A stretch of DNA of 26,230 nt from a virus (Duplodnaviria > Caudoviricetes): the IMG/VR virus record IMGVR_UViG_3300032221_000476, positions 1 to 26,230 of that record; one strand, given 5' to 3'. The position numbers and the translations under genes were made by a program. This document shows, one piece after another, positions 1-9,361 of the stretch. The notes beneath the pieces are model-generated. The model did not search any database and had not been told where the DNA came from. It worked only from the letters and a program-made list of their open reading frames with translations. Numbering within the stretch: position 1 is the first letter of the stretch; the number at the start of each line of letters is the position of its first letter.

Positions 1-438
1 ATATGCCCCGTAGGTAGGGGATGCGGCATTAGTTGTACCCCAATTCAGTGTACTACCGTTAATTACAAGCGAACCACCTATGGCAAAACTGGTGTCATTG
101 ATAGTAATTAAACCGCTGCTTGCTACTATTGTACCGCCGATGCCGTTTAAACGGAGAGCAACTATAAATGTTACACTACCTTCAGTGGTAGCATCATTAG
201 TGGGTGTTACTGTAAATGAGCCACTGTTGTCGGTAATAATAACTTCTCCGGTATTTGCGACAAAGTTACCTGTACCGACGCCTACAATAGTTATAGTCCA
301 GTAATAAGTTCCGTTCGGAATATTAGTTCCACCAACTGTAAGTGTTAAACTACTACCTTCATCAACATTGTTAGCTGCTGGGGTTAGTGTATAAGTTGGT
401 CCTCCGCCGGCCGTTAGTAATATCTGTGTTATAGGCAT
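1..438 (-). CDS. Virion structural/adhesin-like protein with an N-terminal Ig-like (Calx-beta-like) domain; runs off the window's left edge
   Basis: Not in the ORF track. ATG at 438 with SD-like TAAGGA upstream, 9 nt after the stop of the 1489-aa ORF. Open to position 1: MPITQILLTAGGGPTYTLTPAANNVDEGSSLTLTV...YYW...GSFTVTPTNDATTEGSVTFIVALR...ITINDTS. The VDEG / ND..TEG / ITIND pattern is typical of Calx-beta-like domains in T4-like phage structural proteins. Confidence 0.8.
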   Translation of the reverse strand, partial: MPITQILLTAGGGPTYTLTPAANNVDEGSSLTLTVGGTNIPNGTYYWTITIVGVGTGNFVANTGEVIITDNSGSFTVTPTNDATTEGSVTFIVALRLNGIGGTIVASSGLITINDTSFAIGGSLVINGSTLNWGTTNAASPTYGAY

Positions 439-447
439 CTTGATTCC

Positions 448-3400
448 TTAGTCTAGTGTAACATTACCATTAATGTACCAGTAGTTATAATCAACTTTGA
501 TCAATGTAGCCATACCGTAGGCAGCAAGATCCCAATAGGTACCACTACTACCGTCACTGCTATTTCTAATGTTGATACCACCACCATCAGCATCTACATT
601 TATAATAGCACCACTGTCATTGATGATTACAACTGTAAATCCAATTGGTAGCGGACCGTCTTCATTGTAAGGAACGATGATGTCAGTGTCGCTGTTAGTA
701 ACAAAGATATGCTTGCCCGAATCTTCTGGTTGTAGTCTATGATCCGCACCGTTGAATATCTTACGCTGTGGAATTTGTTGTGCTGAACTTGTTTGTCTTG
801 TACCATCAGCAAATTCAATAGCACCGCCATCGCGATCTACAATTTCTGCTAGGGTGTGATACTCTTCGTTACTGCTTGGGTCATACCAGTTAGTAGCAAA
901 GTCTGGTGTCCAATCTTCAAACTCACCAGCACTTACAACTGGAGTAAATGTAGTTGCTTCTGTTGAGGTAATCTTATTGACATTATAGATGTCATTTTGT
1001 AGAACCCAACCACCGTATGCTCCTTCACAATTTGCTGACTTAGGTAGTTTGACTAGGAAACTGTTATCGAAGTTGTTATTAAAGGCTGTGGTATAACCTG
1101 ATATGTAAAGATTATCTGCGTCCAAGGTCAAGTTACGGCCGTTCTTGAAGTATTCGTTAGTACCACCTAACTGTCGTAATAGTGTGCCAAAGAACTTACG
1201 ATAGGTTATCTCACCTGTGGCATTGAACTTAATTAACTTGATACAACTTTCATATTGGTTTTCAAACTGTGCTTCTATGACAGCGTAAACATCACCGTTA
1301 GTGTCTATTGCTACACTACTGTCATCCCATGAACTAGTTTCACGCTGCCACTTGATATTACCAGCGGCATCTAGTTTGGTGACCACAGTTGAACTGGTAC
1401 CTGTGTTTTCGTAACTGACTACGATTGTGTTAGTACCTTGTACGCTCACACACTTGGCATAACAATTATGTATTGAATTGTTTAGTGCTTTGGTCCAAGC
1501 ATGTGTACCGTTAGTATCAAACTTAGATACCACAGCACACCAATAACTGTTAAGGTCTGCTCCTGCTACATTGTTTCTAGCAATCATTTCACCTGCGGCA
1601 TAGATAGCATTATCACTGCCTACTGCTACTGATAGGTAACGCTCTGTGTCGTTAACTGTTCCAGCACTGAGTACTTTGCTCCACAAATAACCAAACTCAT
1701 CATCTGCTTTATAAACAAATGCTTCACCACTTAGAGCGTATTCTAAACTCCAAGTACCTACTCCGCCAAAGTCTACAGCGTTTGCTATTACTATCTTGAA
1801 AGTATTTGTCTGTCCTGTACCTGTAAACTCATGTACATATTGTACTTGGCCACCACTAACACTAACTCTAACTGTAAGGTCGTTGGCAGGACTTGTACCA
1901 TCTAAACTAGTACCAGGAATAACTATGATATCGTTTTCAACATAGTTAGATCCGCTGGTAACTACGCCATAATTGCCGTAACTTGCGTAATTTGCTGTTG
2001 AGTCTAGCTCATACATCAATTCAAATCCGCTACCTACTTGGTAGTTAGTACCTGTAACCTCATTATAAGTAAATGGTGCGGCCCGTGCGTTTCCATAAGT
2101 ACCCGAAATTGTAGCACCGGTAATGCCGCCTGATTCGTTTACACTAGTAACAGTTATGATAGCATCGTTAGTTCCTGTTAGACCTTCTAATGCTGTTCCA
2201 TCAACTAAAATCTTGTGTCCTGGAAGATAGTTGGTACCAAGTGTAGTTGCTGTAACACTATCATAAGTATATGGGCCAGCTCCGCCGATAACAATGTCAA
2301 ACTCAGCCCCACTACCTTGACGGGTTGTGCCACTTAGTGGTGTATATCTATTAACTGTTGTTATACTAGCACGGCCAGTGATGCCTGTTCCACTTACATA
2401 CCAGTCGTTAGCATTAACATTACCTACTGATTGTAGAACATACAATATGCTTGTAGTGCTTCCAGTTTGTGGAGTTATTGAAACAGTGTTATACTCGTCC
2501 CACTTACGACCAACTATTATGATGTTACCAGCATTGTCAAAAGTAAAGTCGTAAGGTATAGCATCACCGTTTTCGCTACTATCTCTAAATCCAGCACTAA
2601 CAACTACACGAGCAGTTTCTGGATCAATCTGTAGGAATAATGCTCCTACTTGATTACCATAGTATTCACATAGGACTACGATGTTTCCGTTAGTCGGATG
2701 GATCTTGACAGCGTTACAACGAGTATTATTACCGAGATCGTTGTCGTTAAGTATAATACTCCATACTACCTGTCCTTGGCTGTTGTAGCGAACTATGATA
2801 CCGTCATTGATGTCATCGTCTTGACCTACAGCATATACATCACCATTACTAGGATCTACACAGTTAGCACGGAACCAAACATCCTCGTTGTTATTATTAG
2901 CATTGCCAAATATTGAGAACCAACCAATCTGTGTTTGTGTTAGACGAATATCACCGTCGTTAGGTATTGTTAGTGTGCCATCGTTGCCAAACATATATTC
3001 ATGAGGTGCTGATGTTGAGCGTACTTGTGCCAATTCAGCATCCACAAAAGTTAATGTTGGTGTGACTACTAGCACATCTTCTGTGAGATCAGTTAGTAGA
3101 CCTACTGCTCCACCTTCTTCAGCAAGTAATGTAACAAACTTACCTGGGATACGGCTGGCAACCACAGTGAACTTGTCTACTCCAGATCCTATGGTCATTT
3201 CACGACCATCTTGATCTATCTGTAGTACCACACCTTGTTTGTTTCTGTCGCCGCCGAAGGGGCCATCGCTGTCTTCCTCAAGTACAGAGCCCTGTATGGC
3301 CAACTTACCATTAGGTCCTAGGCTTAAATTACGAGCACGATTGTAGTTGTAGTCGTAATCGTAGTCGCTGTTGTTAATATCATCATAGCCTATGAATTCG

Positions 3401-4917
3401 TAGTGGTCTGATTCAATGTATCTCTGCCATAAAACTTCACCGTCTGTGCTGTACTTGGCCAGAGCCATAGTAGTTTTGCCAGTAGTTGCGAATTCAAATA
3501 TATCTCTATTAGGATTATCCTGTGTAACAGTTAGTACACTTAGGTAAACATTACCAGTATCGTCACAGTCAATGCCTGAAGCTACTGAAGCACAAGGTCC
3601 TGGCCCTGCTCTGCGACTCCATACTATGTCTCCTGTACTGTCAATCTTTGATATGTAGGCTACAGTTTTAGTAGTGTCTCCGCCATCGGTGGTAATATCT
3701 TCACGAGTGTTTAAGGTAACGAAAACATTGTTTTGACTGTCTACAACTATGTCGCCACCAGCAGTATCAACTTCACCTAAACCTTGGATTGCGGTACCCC
3801 AGATATAAGCACCAGTAGTGCCGTCAAACTTGTTGACCCAGGCTCCTACTAATCCGGGACCGTCGGGACCATAATACCCCATAGCCACGATGTCGCCGTC
3901 TGCTCCTACATCTGCCCCGTACATTTCAACTACAGAACCTGGAATTTCTAGAACCTTAGCCCATATTAAATTACCGTTAGTGCCTGCTAGTTTTAATATG
4001 GCTGACTTGGTTAGATTAGGACCACTGGCACCATCTTGGTATTCAGCGATCACAAACACATCATCACCGTCTGTGGTGATAGAACTGGTTTCGTGCCAAC
4101 TGTTGACTTCTTCAGTGGCTACTCTATATGATTTAGTTGGATAATCTAAGTCGCCTGTGAATGTAAGATCTGGGAACAATAGGCTAGTTTCGTTGCCAAT
4201 ATTGTCATAGGTAGCCAACGCAACTGTATCTATTGTGGTCCAATTTGTACCATCTGTGCTTTCTTGGAATACCCATCCCTGATAGTATGTATAATCTCCA
4301 GAGACAAATACTACTTGATAGTCTGTGCCTTCAACAGTTATTCCGCCTATACCGTTTAGGGCAGGAGTAACAGATTCTATGAGTTCAACAGGTTGATTAC
4401 CGCTTAATACCTTGCTCCATACTAGACCGCCTTCATCATCAAGTTTCATCACTGCGATGCTGTCTCTGTTGTCAACACCATAACTGTCAATGGTAAATGT
4501 TATTACCATACTGTTGTCATCAAATACGACTAGGTCAGCATTTACACTGGTATCAACATCGTGATTGTTCAGTTGCTGTTGCCACAATAACTCACCTGTA
4601 TCACTAAACTTTGAAATGACCAATTTGTCATTGCCTATATCGTAGAGGCTGATGTGTAGGGTAATCATATTACCTGCGGTATCATAGGCTACTGCTTGTG
4701 GTGATACACCGTTTATATCTGCCTGTTGGGCGCGGCTGATTAGAGCAAAGTAATCTGTATTTCCTACAGTGACTTTGATTTCCTTGTCATCTGTGAGTGA
4801 ACCAACACCGCTTATCGGATTATTATCGATGTTTATATCACCTTCTTGAGTAATTTGTAATTCAACGCCGTTTAGTACTATTGCGTCGTCTTGTACTTCA
4901 AATGGTTTATTTGTCAT
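448..4917 (-). CDS. Large (1489 aa) tail fibre/spike-like structural protein with two beta-propeller repeat regions
   Basis: Many propeller-blade repeats (K.D..G...W.+ and D..GNVY/GDVY, e.g. SKFSDTGELLWQ, KLDDEGGLVWSK, KIDSTGDIVWSR, KFDTNGTHAWTK). Fibre-like motifs FGNDGTLTIP and IEFADGTRQTSS. C-terminal domain ...LPIGFTVVIIN...ATLIKVDYNYWYING. SD AAGGA upstream; lies within a structural gene cluster. Confidence 0.7.
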   Translation of the reverse strand: MTNKPFEVQDDAIVLNGVELQITQEGDINIDNNPISGVGSLTDDKEIKVTVGNTDYFALISRAQQADINGVSPQAVAYDTAGNMITLHISLYDIGNDKLVISKFSDTGELLWQQQLNNHDVDTSVNADLVVFDDNSMVITFTIDSYGVDNRDSIAVMKLDDEGGLVWSKVLSGNQPVELIESVTPALNGIGGITVEGTDYQVVFVSGDYTYYQGWVFQESTDGTNWTTIDTVALATYDNIGNETSLLFPDLTFTGDLDYPTKSYRVATEEVNSWHETSSITTDGDDVFVIAEYQDGASGPNLTKSAILKLAGTNGNLIWAKVLEIPGSVVEMYGADVGADGDIVAMGYYGPDGPGLVGAWVNKFDGTTGAYIWGTAIQGLGEVDTAGGDIVVDSQNNVFVTLNTREDITTDGGDTTKTVAYISKIDSTGDIVWSRRAGPGPCASVASGIDCDDTGNVYLSVLTVTQDNPNRDIFEFATTGKTTMALAKYSTDGEVLWQRYIESDHYEFIGYDDINNSDYDYDYNYNRARNLSLGPNGKLAIQGSVLEEDSDGPFGGDRNKQGVVLQIDQDGREMTIGSGVDKFTVVASRIPGKFVTLLAEEGGAVGLLTDLTEDVLVVTPTLTFVDAELAQVRSTSAPHEYMFGNDGTLTIPNDGDIRLTQTQIGWFSIFGNANNNNEDVWFRANCVDPSNGDVYAVGQDDDINDGIIVRYNSQGQVVWSIILNDNDLGNNTRCNAVKIHPTNGNIVVLCEYYGNQVGALFLQIDPETARVVVSAGFRDSSENGDAIPYDFTFDNAGNIIIVGRKWDEYNTVSITPQTGSTTSILYVLQSVGNVNANDWYVSGTGITGRASITTVNRYTPLSGTTRQGSGAEFDIVIGGAGPYTYDSVTATTLGTNYLPGHKILVDGTALEGLTGTNDAIITVTSVNESGGITGATISGTYGNARAAPFTYNEVTGTNYQVGSGFELMYELDSTANYASYGNYGVVTSGSNYVENDIIVIPGTSLDGTSPANDLTVRVSVSGGQVQYVHEFTGTGQTNTFKIVIANAVDFGGVGTWSLEYALSGEAFVYKADDEFGYLWSKVLSAGTVNDTERYLSVAVGSDNAIYAAGEMIARNNVAGADLNSYWCAVVSKFDTNGTHAWTKALNNSIHNCYAKCVSVQGTNTIVVSYENTGTSSTVVTKLDAAGNIKWQRETSSWDDSSVAIDTNGDVYAVIEAQFENQYESCIKLIKFNATGEITYRKFFGTLLRQLGGTNEYFKNGRNLTLDADNLYISGYTTAFNNNFDNSFLVKLPKSANCEGAYGGWVLQNDIYNVNKITSTEATTFTPVVSAGEFEDWTPDFATNWYDPSSNEEYHTLAEIVDRDGGAIEFADGTRQTSSAQQIPQRKIFNGADHRLQPEDSGKHIFVTNSDTDIIVPYNEDGPLPIGFTVVIINDSGAIINVDADGGGINIRNSSDGSSGTYWDLAAYGMATLIKVDYNYWYINGNVTLD

Positions 4918-4928
4918 TTCCTTTTTCC

Positions 4929-5630
4929 TTAATCCGATGTTTCTATTTCTGTAGCGAAGATTTTAATATTTAATGGATATCCTGCGTTAGTTGCTGTTGC
5001 TATTACTTCCATTTTGTTTGTTACAACATTAAATTGTGTAGTAAAAGTTGCTAACGCTGATACACTTGTGTAAGTTATACCATATACTGATAATGCCGGA
5101 GCAGTTGTAAAATTCACTCTCTTAACGACATGTGCTTCACATACTTGAGTATGCCATGTTGCTGATCCGTTTGTATCTGGGCTTACTGTGCCTTCTGCTT
5201 GAATAACAAGTTTAGCACTGGCGATATTAGTGTTAAATGATGTCCAAATAATAGTTGGTGTATTAGCAGGAACTACGCCGGCTGTTGTCCTTGTATAGAC
5301 ACTGTTAGGTAGTGTGACTACATTTGTAACCAGTTCTGCTGTAGTAACATATTCTATGATGTTTGCGCTGACAGCGTTTAGATGTGTAGTTGATACGTTA
5401 TTGGCTGTTAAATCTGTGGCATATACTTTTCCAGTAATTCCATCAACTATAAGAGTTGAATCATCAGCAAAAACAGATCCTGATAAGTTACCAGAGAAAT
5501 TATTACCTCCCTGACCTATAAGTGTATAAAGTTCCGAAAAGTTTTGATTAGTTAGATTAAAGGCCTGACGGACGGTATCTCCATCCTTTGTATTAGGCCC
5601 TGTACCTATGTTTATTATGCGTTGAGACAT
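4929..5630 (-). CDS. Baseplate/fibre-associated structural protein with T4 gp9/gp10-type N-terminal motif
   Basis: N-terminus MSQRIINIGTGPNTKDGDTVRQAFNLTNQNFSELY matches the INIG..PND..GD.LR.AF.K.N.NF.ELY motif of the T4 gp9/gp10 N-terminal region. Start moved from the track's TTG (5645) to ATG 5630, which has a GGTGGA SD. Confidence 0.7.
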   Translation of the reverse strand: MSQRIINIGTGPNTKDGDTVRQAFNLTNQNFSELYTLIGQGGNNFSGNLSGSVFADDSTLIVDGITGKVYATDLTANNVSTTHLNAVSANIIEYVTTAELVTNVVTLPNSVYTRTTAGVVPANTPTIIWTSFNTNIASAKLVIQAEGTVSPDTNGSATWHTQVCEAHVVKRVNFTTAPALSVYGITYTSVSALATFTTQFNVVTNKMEVIATATNAGYPLNIKIFATEIETSD

Positions 5631-5660
5631 ACTTTTTCCACCCAAACGAGTTGCTTATCG

Positions 5661-5682
5661 TATTTATCGCTACCGATAAATA
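5661..5682. promoter_or_regulatory. Back-to-back divergent T4-late-type promoters (GATAAATA on both strands)
   Basis: Perfect 9-bp inverted repeat tatttatcg-ctac-cgataaata between divergent structural genes. Each arm resembles the T4 late promoter TATAAATA. Confidence 0.75.
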
Positions 5683-5687
5683 GTTAC

Positions 5688-7208
5688 ATGCCCAGGTTAT
5701 CGCTTTATAAGCCCGAAAAAGGTAATGATTTTAAGTTTATAGACAAACAAGTCTATGAAATGTTCCAAGTTGGTGGAACTGATGTTCTAGTTCACAAATA
5801 TATAGGACCTATAGATCCTACAGATCCTAATAAAGCTATGGGCGAAAGTACTATTCAAGATGTACTATTCTTAGAAAATAGAGATCGCAAATACGATACT
5901 TCAATATATCCATTACGTGGTGTGTATAACGTAAACGATATTGATTTTAACCTGAGTCAATTTGGTCTATTTCTACAAAATGATACTATCTTTATGACTG
6001 TACATATTAATAATACTGTAGATACCCTTGGACGCAAAATTATTACAGGCGATGTTATAGAATTACCGCATCTTGTAGATCCTTATGCTTTGGGAAATTT
6101 AGCATATGCTCTTAAAAGATTCTATGTTGTAGAAGATGTTAACAGAGCCGCAGAAGGATTTTCAGCTACTTGGTGGCCACATCTTTACAGACTTAAATTA
6201 AAGCCACTTGTTGATAGTCAAGAATATAAAGATATTTTTATGACTCCTGTAAACAGCGATATGTTTGCTGGAGAATACGACGAAACAAAACATTACTGTG
6301 TAGGTCAAATTGTAAGAGATAAAGGTGTGCTATACGAAGTTATTGCCGAGACAACCGGTAACGAGCCTCCTAATTCAACATATTTCCGTCCGCTAGATCC
6401 TAATGAGATTACTGGTAGCGGAATGAGTGATTATTTAAAGATACTTGCTATTAACGAAGCAGTTGTAGCAGAAGCAGAATCAGATTCTCCGCTAAGTGGA
6501 TACGAAACTAGTCAGTTCTGGACATTAAGTGTTGATCCTAATTCTGGAAATGTTAATTTAGAAACAGTTGACCAAGATACTCTTGCTATCGACGATTCTA
6601 ATACAGCAGATGCTACAATGGTATCTCCTGTAAAAGACGGATATAGAGGATTTTTATTAGGCGACGGCATTGCTCCAAATGGTGCTCCATATGGGTTTGG
6701 TATTAAATTTCCAGACAATGCTGCTAGAGGTGACTTTTATTTGAGAACAGATTATTATCCAAATAGACTTTTTAGATTTAGTGGAAAGCGTTGGGTTAAG
6801 TATGAGGATCAAAGTCGTCATACTATGACAAACAACGACGTAAGAACAACATACAAAACTAAATTTATTAATAATACTGAACAAAGCGGTGTTGGTATGC
6901 TTGAAATGGATGTATTCACTATTACAGATCCTCACACATTCCGTCCAACAGATCCTACATCATTCATGGATGTTGCAGGCAAAAAGATTGTTACTAAGGT
7001 TCCTTATGTTTCAACTTATGGAGTTGATGTTTGGATAGGCGAAGCAAGAAATCCAGTTACAAGTGTATTTGAAGAAGATGGATGTATTGCCTTTACTGTA
7101 AGATTTTCATTACGAGTTGGCGAAGAATTACGTTGGACAGTTTACAAAGAAACAGTAAAACAAAAACAAGCCTTATCAAAGGCACTTAGACCTAGGGCAG
7201 ATTTCTAA
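5688..7208 (+). CDS. Neck/head-completion protein (T4 gp14-like) with C-terminal extension and a small CBM-like insert
   Basis: True start is probably ATG 5688 (MPRLSLYKPEKG), directly after the late promoter. Motifs LSQFGLFL.NDTIFMTVH and GDVIELP resemble the gp14 family. It lies immediately upstream of a gp15-like gene (TAATG overlap), matching T4 gene 14-15 order. Confidence 0.65.
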   Translation: MPRLSLYKPEKGNDFKFIDKQVYEMFQVGGTDVLVHKYIGPIDPTDPNKAMGESTIQDVLFLENRDRKYDTSIYPLRGVYNVNDIDFNLSQFGLFLQNDTIFMTVHINNTVDTLGRKIITGDVIELPHLVDPYALGNLAYALKRFYVVEDVNRAAEGFSATWWPHLYRLKLKPLVDSQEYKDIFMTPVNSDMFAGEYDETKHYCVGQIVRDKGVLYEVIAETTGNEPPNSTYFRPLDPNEITGSGMSDYLKILAINEAVVAEAESDSPLSGYETSQFWTLSVDPNSGNVNLETVDQDTLAIDDSNTADATMVSPVKDGYRGFLLGDGIAPNGAPYGFGIKFPDNAARGDFYLRTDYYPNRLFRFSGKRWVKYEDQSRHTMTNNDVRTTYKTKFINNTEQSGVGMLEMDVFTITDPHTFRPTDPTSFMDVAGKKIVTKVPYVSTYGVDVWIGEARNPVTSVFEEDGCIAFTVRFSLRVGEELRWTVYKETVKQKQALSKALRPRADF

Positions 7209-8578
7209 TGCAATATTTTTATGACGGGCAAATACGTAGATACCTTGCTCAAGTAATTCGAATGTTAAGTAACTTTAAGTACAGAACAGCCGACGGTGTT
7301 GAAAAAGTTGTTCCAGTTATTTACGGTGATATCTCTAGACAAGTTGCTTCAATTTTAAAAGATAATTCTGAAAATAAAATGCCTTCGGCACCTCGTATCG
7401 CTGTCTATATGACAGACTTAGAATTAGACAGATCTAGATTAAGTGATGCTACGTTCACTAGTAAAGTTCATATTAGAGAGCGAGAAGTTTTAGAAGATGG
7501 ATCATCCGCAAGCGGAACATACGGAACTGCTCAAGGATTAAATTATACTGTTGAGCGTTTAATGCCAACTCCATATAAGTTATCAATTAAAGCAGATATC
7601 TGGTCCACTAATACAGATCAGAAATTACAAATTCTTGAACAAATTTTAGTTTTATTCAACCCAAGTTTTGAAATACAAACTACAGACAATTATGTTGACT
7701 GGACTAGTTTATCAGTTGTAGAACTTACAGATGTTACTTTAACAAGCCGTTCAATACCTCAAGGAATTGATAGCGAAATTGATATTGCTACATTAGAATT
7801 TGAAACACCTATATACATTACTCCACCTGCTAGAGTTACTAGAATGGGTGTAATTCACACTATTGTTGCTAATATTTTTACTGAAGCAACTGGAGAAATT
7901 GATCCAGATTTTCTTTATGGTCTTCCAGAATCAACACAATATATCACACCTGGTAGATTTGGTCTACTTGTTATAAACAATCAAGCACGTTTACTTGGAC
8001 CAGGTGAAAGTGTAACTGAAGATGATATACCAGAAAAGTACGGTCCAAATGTTAATTGGTACAAACTATTAGATCAATATGGAAAATTTAGAGCAGGTAT
8101 AAGTCGTATATTCTTAAAGAAAGCAGATGGTACTGAAGTTGTAGGTACTATGAGTATTCATCCTAGCGACGACACTATTGCTGTAGTTAATTTTGATCCA
8201 GATACATATCCGACAAATACTATTATTGATGGTAGAGGAAATGTTGATGCTATTATAGATCCTCTTACATATAATCCACCAGATACTATTGCTGCTGGAA
8301 TTAGATATCTTCTTTTAGATAGAATAGGAAAGGATGAAAATAACGATGGCCCTGACGCTTGGAAAAATGCTGATCTCTCTGATTTTATTACTGATGCTAA
8401 TAACATCATAGAATGGGACGGTAGTCAGTGGAATGTAATTTTCGAAGCTGCTACAGTAACCGAGATCACTTATATAACTAACTTAAGAACAGGTGTTCAA
8501 TATAAGTGGGATGGCGATGAATGGACCAAGAGTTTCGAGGGCGAGTACGTAGAAGGACGCTGGCGTCTGGTCCTATGA
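7208..8578 (+). CDS. Tail sheath stabilizer / tail completion protein (T4 gp15-like) with C-terminal DUF2793-like extension
   Basis: MQYFYDGQIRRY...F..F...VPVIYG...PRIAVYMT...MPTPYKLSIKADIWSTNTDQKLQILEQILVLFNPS is the recognisable gp15 pattern. The C-terminus has RYLL...AW...IIEWDGSQW...YKWDGDEW. Confidence 0.8.
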   Translation: MQYFYDGQIRRYLAQVIRMLSNFKYRTADGVEKVVPVIYGDISRQVASILKDNSENKMPSAPRIAVYMTDLELDRSRLSDATFTSKVHIREREVLEDGSSASGTYGTAQGLNYTVERLMPTPYKLSIKADIWSTNTDQKLQILEQILVLFNPSFEIQTTDNYVDWTSLSVVELTDVTLTSRSIPQGIDSEIDIATLEFETPIYITPPARVTRMGVIHTIVANIFTEATGEIDPDFLYGLPESTQYITPGRFGLLVINNQARLLGPGESVTEDDIPEKYGPNVNWYKLLDQYGKFRAGISRIFLKKADGTEVVGTMSIHPSDDTIAVVNFDPDTYPTNTIIDGRGNVDAIIDPLTYNPPDTIAAGIRYLLLDRIGKDENNDGPDAWKNADLSDFITDANNIIEWDGSQWNVIFEAATVTEITYITNLRTGVQYKWDGDEWTKSFEGEYVEGRWRLVL

Positions 8579-9012
8579 TTAAAAAGGTCCGTGGTAGTGG
8601 TGCTTTGTTTTTAAGTCAAAGCACTAAAAGGTTTCTAGTCTTACAAAAAGCAAGTGGAAAAAAAGAAGGAATATGGGGCCTTGTAGGGGGTAAAACAGAA
8701 TCCGGTGAATCTATTTGGCAAGGTCTTTGTAGAGAAGTTATTGAAGAAATAGGATTCATGCCAGATCTAATAAAAACAATTCCTTTAGAAACTTTTGTTA
8801 GTGATGATACACATTTTAATTTTCAAACGTATATTTGTATAATAAAAGAAGAATTTATCCCAACTCTGAGTCGAGAACATAAAGGATGGGCTTGGTGCGA
8901 GTTAGATAGCTGGCCAAAACCTACACATCAAGGTATACGAAATACCATTAATAATAAAGTTATAAGAGCTAAAATAGAAACCATTTTTGAATTTTTAGAT
9001 AACTTATCGTAG
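8575..9012 (+). CDS. Nudix hydrolase
   Basis: Nudix box GKTESGESIWQGLCREVIEEIG (GX5EX7REUXEEXG), preceded by WGLVG, with LSREHKGWAW downstream. Start is probably ATG 8575, overlapping the gp15-like TGA (ATGA). Confidence 0.9.
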   Translation: MIKKVRGSGALFLSQSTKRFLVLQKASGKKEGIWGLVGGKTESGESIWQGLCREVIEEIGFMPDLIKTIPLETFVSDDTHFNFQTYICIIKEEFIPTLSREHKGWAWCELDSWPKPTHQGIRNTINNKVIRAKIETIFEFLDNLS

Positions 9013-9045
9013 TAAATACAGCGCCAAATTTATATAATTAGGAGG
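9013..9045 (+). promoter_or_regulatory. Putative late-promoter core (TAAATA) and strong SD (AGGAGG) for groES-groEL
   Basis: gTAAATA at 9012-9018; AGGAGG at 9040-9045 before ATG 9050. Confidence 0.5.
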
Positions 9046-9049
9046 CGTA

Positions 9050-9361
9050 ATGACAAAATTCATTCCAATAAGAGATCGTCTTCTTGTTAAAAAAATAGAA
9101 GATGATCTTAAAACTAAATCTGGACTTATATTATCAGAAGATACAAAAGAAAGACCAACTAAAGGTACTGTTCTTGCTGTAGGCGAAGGAGCGATAAATG
9201 AGGACGGAAAAATACTTCCAATGGTGATAAAGGTCGGAGATACTGTTCTGTATCCTAAGTATGCCGGACATCCAGTAAAACTTAATAAAGATGAGTATCT
9301 AATATTAGAAGAAAAAGAAGTTTTAGGTATTGTTACAGAGGGAGAAATTGAAAATGTCTAA
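9050..9361 (+). CDS. groES: Co-chaperonin GroES (Cpn10)
   Basis: PIRDRLLVK...KTKSGLIL...GTVLAVGEG...IKVGDTVLYPKYAG...EYLILEEKEVLGIV; 103 aa. Confidence 0.97.
   Translation: MTKFIPIRDRLLVKKIEDDLKTKSGLILSEDTKERPTKGTVLAVGEGAINEDGKILPMVIKVGDTVLYPKYAGHPVKLNKDEYLILEEKEVLGIVTEGEIENV

Noticed and set aside
80-5514. Short ORFs (80-304, 627-830, 2327-2554, 2698-2916, 3890-4144, 5314-5514)
   Set aside because: Antisense or off-frame shadows of long structural genes, with no recognisable motifs.
5622-5687. Track start for the gp14-like ORF at 5622
   Set aside because: It overlaps the divergent gene and spans the promoter palindrome; ATG 5688 fits better.
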